Shown in pieces: positions 55,467-64,000 of a DNA stretch of 64,000 bases (its first letter is position 1; the number at the start of each line of letters is the position of its first letter). A program made the position numbers and the translations under genes. Origin of the DNA: the human T2T-CHM13v2.0 reference genome, Homo sapiens; NCBI RefSeq assembly GCF_009914755.1, contig NC_060936.1. One strand, 5' to 3'. Below the pieces are notes generated by a model. It did not search any database and was not told where the DNA came from. It saw nothing but the letters and a program-made list of their open reading frames with translations.

Positions 55467-57454
55467 CTAGGAATAAGAATATGGAGAAGGAGATGTAGGG
55501 GAGGTTTTTGTGAGAGCTGTTTCTATAAGCCTTTGTACTAGGCCTCGGGCACAGAATACAATATAATATCCTACAAGAATAAGCACACCTATTATAACAG
55601 CAAAAGAAGTAAGGATTGAGGACATAAGTCCTTCCCATCTGCTGAAACATTTTTCCATTAAATTAGTGAAGGGATCATTTATTCCTGAATTCTTAGCTAG
55701 TTCATTGGATAAAACAGGAAGACATTGTGATGCTTTTGTTATGGTTCCACTGGAAGCAGTATTATTAGGTATAAAAGTAGAATATTGAGTTCCAATCATG
55801 ACACAGACCTCACCCTTATCTGCTAGTATCATATCTAATGTTATTCTATTTTCCCAAGCCATTTGGCTGGTGGGTCCTAACTGTTTAGCTGTTCATTTAA
55901 TAGCATCTTTAGTATAGTTAACAAATTGTTGCTGGTTGTAATAGATGTAATTTATCCAATTTACATTTTTATTTATAGTTAACCACCAGAATAGTAGGGA
56001 CTCAAACCCAGCAATTATTTGATTTTGGGACTTAAATTCATCTGGGACTCCTCTCGGGACTCCAATGGCATCTATATAAACATGAGGGTCAAAGGACCCA
56101 TGAGGGACATCTCTTGTTTTATGATGCTTTGTTTTTATCCTTTTTGGTTAATGAAATGCCAGGGTGAAAGGGATGGCCAGTTGGATCAGAGTGCAAGTGC
56201 TGCTCTGCTCCAGCTACTTGGCAAAGTGTTCAGCAATGGTCCGTCACAATACTACCATACATCCACTTGGCAATGGATCAGGGCAGACTGATTGGTTAGC
56301 TCTTGGAATGACTTAAGCTCACTGCATCCCTTTAGGTCTCCCAGAAATGCTAAGTTTTCTCTCTGTCATGAGAGACACAAGGTAAAACTGGCATCAGGAG
56401 ATGGAAGCTGGATGGACCTCGGGGACTGACCCACAGGGTGCTGGACTTTGGGGAATAGCAGAGAGAGAGCTCCGCATGATTCATGACCCCAGGCTGTGGG
56501 GTGTTGGGAGAGAGCTACCTTACAATTTGTGCCTGGTCGGCTGGAGGACCATACGAGTGGAAACGGGATGATTTAGGCCTCTGGCCTGCAGTGCACGCAA
56601 GTGTAACAATCGTTTTTGTTTAGACTGCAGATGGAATATTTAATCCTTTCCAGCCAGGCATTTGCATCTTTGTACCCCATCTCTAGAGCTATGGTCTGCC
56701 TTAAATCTTTTACCTCTACAACCATTACCTTAGTTGGGTGGTTCTAGAGATGGGAGGAGAGCGCTGAGCCTGATATGTTTGGGCACAGTGTTGGGTCCCA
56801 CATGTTCTCCAGACTCTGGGTCTGGATTTCTTTATTGTTCTTAGCTGATGCTCTAGCTAACCTCAGAGAGAAGATTCCTATGGGGTCTCGTCCTGTAACA
56901 TTTGCTCCTAACCAATACCATTCAAATATGGAGGGTTCTTGGGCCATTGTTTGGAGATTATCTATAATTAGCAATAAGGGGTTACACTGCAATGACTTAC
57001 AATTTGGTGGGGTGGGACCATGAATAAGTTGGAGTTTCTGTTTTAGTCCTTGCAACTACTTTGAAAAAGGGGGCCTGGCTGTCCACCGTCCATGTTGGGT
57101 GGTCTGCCAAACATCTGTCCAGTCACCACAGGGACTTTTTAAGGCTCCATACTTATACTTGGTTGACTCAATACGGTATGGACATAAATACTTATCTACA
57201 TTTGATAGCTGCCTTTGAGCTTGTTCATCTCCACATGAGATAACTGAACAAGCATCAAACTCGAGGGTTAAGGGATGATTAGTTTGAGTCACATTGATGA
57301 CGAGGTGACTTTCTGCTGGAAAGAAAAGGGAAAATAAACAAGTGATTATTAAGCCCTTTTTAGAGTTAGTTTGGTGAGGGTAGGCCGTAGGATAACGGCC
57401 CATTTTTCTCTGATTGTGGAAGTGTCTCCTTTCACTCACATGTGGTGTGTCCAT
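55467..57454 (-). pseudogene. env relic (interrupted)
   Basis: ORF pieces 57056..57454, 56744..57055 and 55467..55862; ISU-like ENRITLDMILADKGEVC and a TM helix; CX6CC degenerated to CVMIGTQYS. Confidence 0.85.
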
Positions 57455-60400
57455 CTCCTTTCAGCTGTGCGGTGCTTTCTATAATCAGGAGCACTAGGTA
57501 GGGTCCTTCCTAAGCTGGTTCAAGTTTTCCTTCTTTCCAGCTTTTGATGAGAACGTGATCCCTAGGCTGGTGCTGATGTGCAGGGAACACCAAGGGTGGC
57601 GTCTGTGCTAATAGGCCTTTAGTTCAGAGACAAGAGAAAGTGGAAGACAGTCCACGTACATAGCTTTTGAGGAATTGGTCTTTAGTTTCAAACATAGGAA
57701 TATCAGCAGTGGAGTGTAAATAAGGCAACCCATATAGTATTTCATAAGGAGATAAGCCAATATATTTTTGATGGGCAGTTCAGTTTCATAACAAGGCAAT
57801 GGGGAGGCATTTAGTCCATGGGAACCAAGTCTCTAGGACTAATTTGGTTAGGTGGTTCTTCGGAGTCTGGTTCATTCTTTCTACTCTTCCTGATAAAGAT
57901 GGGTGCCAGGGGGTATGGTATTCCCATTTTATTTCTAATACTTGGGCTTTTTCAAAACATGTACAGTGAAATGAGTCCCATTATCTGACTCAACATTTTC
58001 TATTAATCCAAGCTTAGGTATAATATTTTCAGTTAATGCCTTAACTACATTATTAGCAGTCACATTTGAAAAGGGAATAGCTTCTACCCGGTAAATGAGG
58101 TGATCCACTATTACTAATAGGTATTTCAGGCAACCGATTGGAGACATTTCTGTGTGATCAACTTGAACACTTTGAAATGGTGTTAGTCCTGGATTTCTTC
58201 CCCCAAGTGGTGATTTTCTTGGAGCCCACTTATTAGTTTTGTTTTTTTTTTTTTTTTACATATTAGACAGCTATCTCTAACTTGTTTGGCTAGGGTATAA
58301 ATTCCTATACACCCATAAACTGCTGTGTCACACATAGTTTGGGGTCCCCAGTGGGCCCCTTGATGCAGCTGAGACAAGATTTCCCTCATGAGGGGTTTCG
58401 ATAATATTTCCCTTTGATCTGGTAATACCCATTTTCCTTCTTGGTTTTCTGTAGCTCATATTTTGATTAATTTTTCCTTTTCATTGGGAGAGATAATGGG
58501 GACTGCAATAGGGGGAGGAAGACAAGGGGTTAAGTGAAAAACAAGCACTTCAGAGGAAATAGCAGCCTGTTTGGCTACCTGATCTGCAAGGTTATTTTTC
58601 TGACTTTCAAAGGAAAAGCCTTTTTGCTGTCCTGGAACATGGACAATAGCTATCTCTTTGGGTAACTGGAGAGTATTTAGTACTTGGGTGATTAACTCTT
58701 TGTGGATGAGATCTTGGCCTTTGCGGTTAATAAGACCTCGTTCAGTCCAAATCTTCCCGAAGGTATGAGCTACCTCAAAGGAGTACTTAGAATCAGTATA
58801 AATGGTCCCTTCCTGGTTTTGCAAGCATTTTAAAGCCTGGCTTAATGCAAGCAGTTCACAAGTTTGGGCAGACCAATTATTAGCCAATCTTCCTGACCCG
58901 ATTTCTACTAAAGCTTCTCCATCTATTATTGAATACCCATTATGTCTTTTTCCCTCAATTACCTGGGAGGAGCCATCTATAAACAAATACCACCCAGTTT
59001 TGAAAGGTGTGTCTTCTAAATCTGGTCTGACTTTTGTGTGGTAGTTCATTAAATCTAAACATATGTGTTCTCTTTTTAGGTTTGGATACCCTGTTAAGAA
59101 ACCTGCTGGGTTGAGTGAGTTATCAGTGGTTAGTGTTAAATCATTTCTTTCTATTAGAATAGCTTCGCATTTTAAGATGCTTGAGTCAGTGAGTCACCTC
59201 CCTGCCTTTTGGTTTAAGATAGTTCTAACTTGATGGGGTAAGCTTACCACTAATTTTCCCCCAAAGGTTAACTTCCTGCTTTCTTCAGTCAGTAATGTGG
59301 TTGCTGTGATAGACTGAATGCATTCAGGCCACCCACTTGTACTAGGTTTAAAACCTTTGACAGGAAGGCTACAGGCTGCCTGTGGCTTCCGTGTTCCTGG
59401 GTAAGTACCCCTAAAGCCACCCCATTATTCATGTTAACAAAAAGGTGGAATGGTTTTTCTAGGGAGGGTAAAGCTAGAACAGGGGCAGTTATAAGCATAT
59501 GTTTTAATTCTTCAATTTGATGAATTTCTTCAGAAGTCCACAGAAGATGGTCAGGTTTCCACTGGGTAAATTTTTGGTATAAAAGTTTAGTTTTTAGAGC
59601 ATATGAATGAATCCATAAGCAGCAATATCCAACTAATCCTAAACATTTTTGGAGCTTCTGCTTAGTTTGAGGCAAAGGTAAGGATCTGATTCCTTCTACT
59701 TGTTCGGGTCCCATCCTTCATTTGCCTTTACTTATTAAGTGCCCTAAATATGTAACTTCACGTTCTACAAACTTGAGTTTTCCTTTTGAAACTCATAGTC
59801 CTTCCCCTTGTAAATGGTTAAGAAGGTGTGTAGAGAAGGCAGCTACTTTCTCTACATTTTCACCAGATATGAGAAGATCATCCACATATTGGAGCAGACA
59901 TATGTGTTTTGGGGTATGAATTTATTCTGAAACCTGTTCTAAATTTGGCCAAAAAGGCTAGGGGAATCTGTGAACCCTTGGGGCAAAACTATCCATCAGT
60001 ACTGTTGTTTCTGTCCAGAATAAGGATCTTCCCATTCGAAAGCAAATATGTCCCGACTGTCCTCAGCCAAAGGACAGGCCCAAAAGGTATCTTTTAAGTG
60101 TATTACTGTAAACCATTGATGGTCACGTGGGATTTTGCTGAGGATGGTGTAAGGGTTAGGGACAAAAGGATAAGTCATCTGGACTAATTGGTTGACAGCT
60201 CTGAGGTCTTGTGCTAGTCGGTATGACCTGTCTGATTTCTTTACAGGCAGTATTGGGGTGTTAAAAGAGGACATGCAGGGTTCAAGAAGCCCGTCTTGAA
60301 TGACGCTTTAAATTACGGGCCTCAAGCTTATTCTGCCTTCTAGGGGAATGGGATATTGTTTTCTTCTTACTACCTCCCCAGCAGTTTTCAGCTTTATGTG

Positions 60401-60846
60401 TTTTGGAAGGACTTGAGGTCTTCCTTGATTTTCTTCTCTTGACCAGACATCAGGATGGATGTGTCTTTCACCCACACTGGTAAGTAGGTTTAGTGAGGTG
60501 AGGAATCCCTCTGGGCCAACATGTAAGCTGATGCTTAGTTCTAGCATTAAGTCCCTTCCTAACAGGTTAATTTCTGCTTCCAGGATTAATAGAAGCTTCA
60601 TATGAGTTGATCGGTTTTTATACTGACTTCTGTTTCTTCTAAGATTTTAGCTTTAAATCCTTCTCCCTTTACCCCTGAGACAGAAAGTTCTGAGGAGCAG
60701 GTGATATCAGATGGAGGGAAACAGAGGAGCGGGCTGCTCCTGAATCTACTAAAAACGTTATGAGTTCATATTTGGGTCCCACCTCTAAGTTTATCAAGGG
60801 CTCTTGGTGGGACTTGAGATAAAAGAGACAGAGCCCCTGGCCCCCC
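57400..60846 (-). pseudogene. pro-pol relic (protease, RT, RNase H, integrase; many stops and frameshifts)
   Basis: LVDSGAARS (protease), NTPILPVKK and LQYVDDLLI (RT), FIDGSS...YTDSKY (RNase H), ESDNGTHF (integrase). Confidence 0.9.
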
Positions 60847-62544
60847 CTATTCTTCCTCAAAAGTCATGAGTGGAAGGACTTCTTTTTATTTTTCCCATGC
60901 GGGACATTCCCTCTTAAAGAGACCTGTTCTTCCACATTTAAAACATCTATTCTGTCTTTTCTCTGTTTTGGGATTCTTTGGCTTGGCCCCCCTGTGTTCT
61001 TTATAGGGTCTGGCAAATGAGGTCCCGGATCCTTTAATAGGGGGCTTGAAGCCTCTAAATGGAGGTTTGGGTCATTTATAGATTTTGGCCCCCTGGGGGC
61101 TTTGTTTAGAAATGTATTGATTTGGAGCCCCCTGTTGATAGGTGGATAGCATGAATTTTGCTTTCACTTTTTGCTTTTCTTCGTATCTTCTCACATATAC
61201 CTTTTGAGTTTCTCTGAGAAATTCACTTAGAGGATGATCTTTCCAATCCTCTATCTTTTGTAATTTCTTGGAAATGTCTGCCCAACTATTAGTAAAAAAA
61301 TGAAGCTTTAACATTCCTTGTCCTAGGGGATCTTATAAATCTAGGCCTGCTTATTTTTTCATTTGCTCCTTTAATCTGTTTAAGAATTCTATAGGCTCTT
61401 CATCCTTCCCCTGTTGTGTGCTGAGTGTCTGAGACAGAGTCTGAGTCCAGGGTACTTATTCTTGAGTTCTTTTTATCATCATCTCCCTCAGGTCTTGCAG
61501 GTTTTTCCAGTGAGCTATGTTGTTATTGTCCCACCAGGGATCTTGGGCACGGAATTCCTCGTCTGCTGTAGAAACGTTTTAACTGGGGGGTGTTCATGTT
61601 CTCAAACTACCATAGTGGCCCTAAGGATCATGCCCCTTTCTCTCCCTGAAAACAGGATGCCCAGGATGGGCATTAACTCAGCCCAAGTATATAACTGGGG
61701 TCCTAGAAATTGATCACCGACCTGATCTGCCACTCGATGAGGGTCATCTCACAGCGGCTTGAGTTCTTTTTTAAAGCCTGGAACTTCTGAACTGGTTAGA
61801 GGAGCATTTATGAAGCTGATGGCACCCCCTCCCTGCAGCACCTCTTTTAAGGGGCAGAGAGTCAGAGCTGATTCCCCAGGGATAGGGGATAAAGGGAAGT
61901 TTTGAATATCCTTTTTACATTGCTCTACCTCACGTTGGAGTCCTTTTAGAGAAGAGTATTTAGGCTGGTAAGGAGCTGGCTCATGGGATGATAATTCCCA
62001 AGAATTGGGGTTGTAAGGGGTGGGGAACAATGTGAGCAGGGGAGGGATCTGGAGTGGGGTCTGAGGTGGCAACAGCTGCTTGAGGGGGAGAATTGGGGGT
62101 ATTGAGTGGAGGAAGATGGTCTAGGGGATCCCATGTGTTGATGGGCTGTCTAGGAATAGGGACCTTTTCTCTTTCAGAGCAGTAAGATTCTAGCTTGCTC
62201 CCTCTGATTTTTAGAGGGTAAAGGAGGACAGGTCCTTGCCTCCAACAAAGAGCATACTCTATATCCTCCAGAGACACAGGGCTTTTGTCATTAATATGTT
62301 CCATTAAAAGTTAACAAATCCATTCTTCACTGGACCCAAATTTTGGCCAGAAAATTGAGGGTTTGAGGATTGGCTCTCGAGCCCAAATGAAGCAAAAATA
62401 CTTTATCATTTGCTGCTTTCTTTTATGTTTGGTTCTTTTATTATCTTACCAATATTTTAGCATAATCCCTAGGCAACTATCAGGAGGAATTTCATCATCT
62501 GCCTGGCTCTTTATTTTCCCTGTCTTATTTGAAACATTTCCCAT
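60847..62544 (-). pseudogene. gag relic (interrupted)
   Basis: MGNVSNKTG start at 62544, proline-rich region, degenerate zinc knuckle CFKCGRTGLFKREC, TAG at 60849-60847. Confidence 0.85.
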
Positions 62545-63108
62545 CTTGGAGGTTTGGTATGGTGTCTAACTGGAGCAGGCTTTTTCCCTGGAGTTTTCAA
62601 CCTCCCCTCTATTGGAGGTTTCTAATGCTTCTGGGTGTGTGGGGGCTCAACCTCTCCTACTAGAGATTTCTTGCCCTCCCTTCTTCTAGAAGCTGTGTGT
62701 GAGTCTCAATCTCTCCTACTAGAGATTTCTTGCCTTTCTTCTCCTAGAAGCTTAGCTCCCCTTTTACTGGATGTTTCTTGCAATCTTCTCCTTTTGTTTT
62801 GTACTCACTCAGCACAGTAGTAGTGCTCGTTACCATTCACACACTTTCAACCTCCAAGATATCCCGACCTCCAAGGAAATACTTTATTGCCCCTGCAACA
62901 TTTCTTACCTTGTCCTGTGCATAGAGTTACCTGGTTGCCGTGGTAGGTAGGTAAGAATCCTTTCCACCCACGTTGCTGAGAGTGTGGGTTTATTCGTCAT
63001 GCTGGGGGAGGTCCTGATCCCTTTCCCTCTGAGGCCAACGCAACGAGAGAGTGTGACGCATCTCCTCATGGGAGATGATCTGGGACCCTTCCCCAGAGGA
63101 GAAAGGGT

Positions 63109-63126
63109 ATCCCTGATGAGCCCCTA
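63109..63126 (-). promoter_or_regulatory. Primer-binding site, tRNA-Pro type
   Basis: TAGGGGCTCATCAGGGAT versus TGGGGGCTCGTCCGGGAT (15/18), 4 nt after the 5' LTR. Confidence 0.8.
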
Positions 63127-63130
63127 TGAT

Positions 63131-63628
63131 TGTTAGAAACAAGTGCTCTGTGCTGCAAAGAAGAACCAGCACTGAGACAAAGGATTTCTCAGCAAGGCAA
63201 TTTACTTCTGCAGAAGGGTGCTGCCTGCATCAGCCATGCAGCACACTGAACAAAGGAGGGTAAGAGTTTTTATTCCTAACACGGTCCCTGCTTCTGTGTA
63301 GTTCCCCATTGGCTGGAGTCAAGACCACACAACCTAAACTAGTCCTGATTGGCTAAACACTTAAACCTTCTATGTAAGGTAGATGAGTGATGGGGGAGAA
63401 GGAGGGAAGAGAAGAGGGCCACCTGTGGAGAATAAGGCTAAACTTTTTCCAAATAAGGAAAGGAATGTAGAGTGAGGCTGACATGTCTAGGCATGTCAGG
63501 GCACAGCAAGAGCAGGAGGGCTGTTTGCAGGCTAGAAAGAAGAGAGTACAAGAAGGTTGAGCCTCTGAGCAAAGAACAAGGACATTGCACAATTAAGCCC
63601 TTTGAAGAGGAATTTATCCTCTCTGGCA
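63131..63628 (-). repeat. Proviral 5' LTR
   Basis: TGCCAGAG...TCTAACA; colinear with 54764-55381 apart from the insertion. Confidence 0.93.
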
Positions 63629-64000
63629 TGAATTAATGGTGTGATTAGTTCCATATGTTGCCAGACCTTACCAGTTGTGAAGCCAGCAAGTCCAAGAATT
63701 CTCAAAACCCCAAAAGTAGTTTATAACCTTAAAACATTTAGCAAACCTTGACTCCAACCTGCATAATTTAGCTCACCTATTTACATTTTAGTGACACCTG
63801 CATTTTACCAATAATTTTTAAGGCTGTTTTTATTTCTCAAAGATTAAAGTCATGTGAACTGAAAGTACCACAGCTTTTATCTTCCCCTTAAAAAAATACT
63901 TGATCCAAGCACTTTTCTTTAGGACAAATTAATTAGAGCTCTTTTTGTAAACATCACACACAGTATACACACAGACAGGCAGAAGAAAACCCAGTCCCTG
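63629..64000 (-). mobile_element. Continuation of the host ERV1 (MER4-group) internal region
   Basis: Same character as the sequence left of 54764 (ttataaccttaaaacatttagcaaacc; ttaaggctgtttttatttctcaaagattaaagtcatgtgaac). Confidence 0.65.

Noticed and set aside
57313-57345. Strong-looking minus-strand splice acceptor (ttttcccttttctttccag) in env
   Set aside because: Coincides with the Phe/Leu-rich signal-peptide codons, which explains the pyrimidine run; no independent support
55467-57454. Possible intact, syncytin-like env
   Set aside because: Split into several ORFs by stops and frameshifts, and the CX6CC motif is lost
58456-59049. 197-aa ORF, the longest in the window
   Set aside because: RNase H portion of the dead proviral pol, flanked by stops and frameshifts; no evidence of domestication

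Overview
Primate, very probably human, genomic DNA from the NK gene complex (12p13 in human). Two complete spliced genes can be reconstructed exon by exon. CLEC2B/AICL is on the minus strand (non-coding exon 1 plus 4 coding exons, 149 aa). KLRF2/NKp65 is on the plus strand (6 coding exons, 207 aa, hemITAM DGYMTL); this haplotype encodes Ile68 and Thr131. A minus-strand terminal exon at about 50890-51194 encodes PSNSKWSCNWSLRQWLLLLGPLR*, which I recognise as the alternative C-terminus of CLEC2A/KACL; the rest of that gene is beyond the right edge. This exon is built from ERV internal sequence. The remainder is dense with transposable elements: L1s, Alus, MER DNA transposons, ERVL relics, a solo LTR12, and a full-length but dead LTR10/HERVIP10-like provirus (54764-63628) nested in an older ERV1 element. 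I found no evidence of a wholly new multi-gene system. The most unusual structures are: (1) a roughly 320-bp-arm non-TE inverted repeat beside CLEC2B exon 3; (2) the ERV-derived CLEC2A exon; (3) an L1-style retrocopy of an LTR12 RNA 3' end with poly(A) and 20-bp target-site duplication (TSD) inside the proviral 3' LTR; (4) a TSD-flanked 5'-half tRNA-Gly retrocopy; (5) signs that CLEC2B exon 1 is a decayed coding exon. Repeat family names and comparisons to reference proteins come from recall, not database searches. Repeat boundaries are approximate unless a TSD is quoted.
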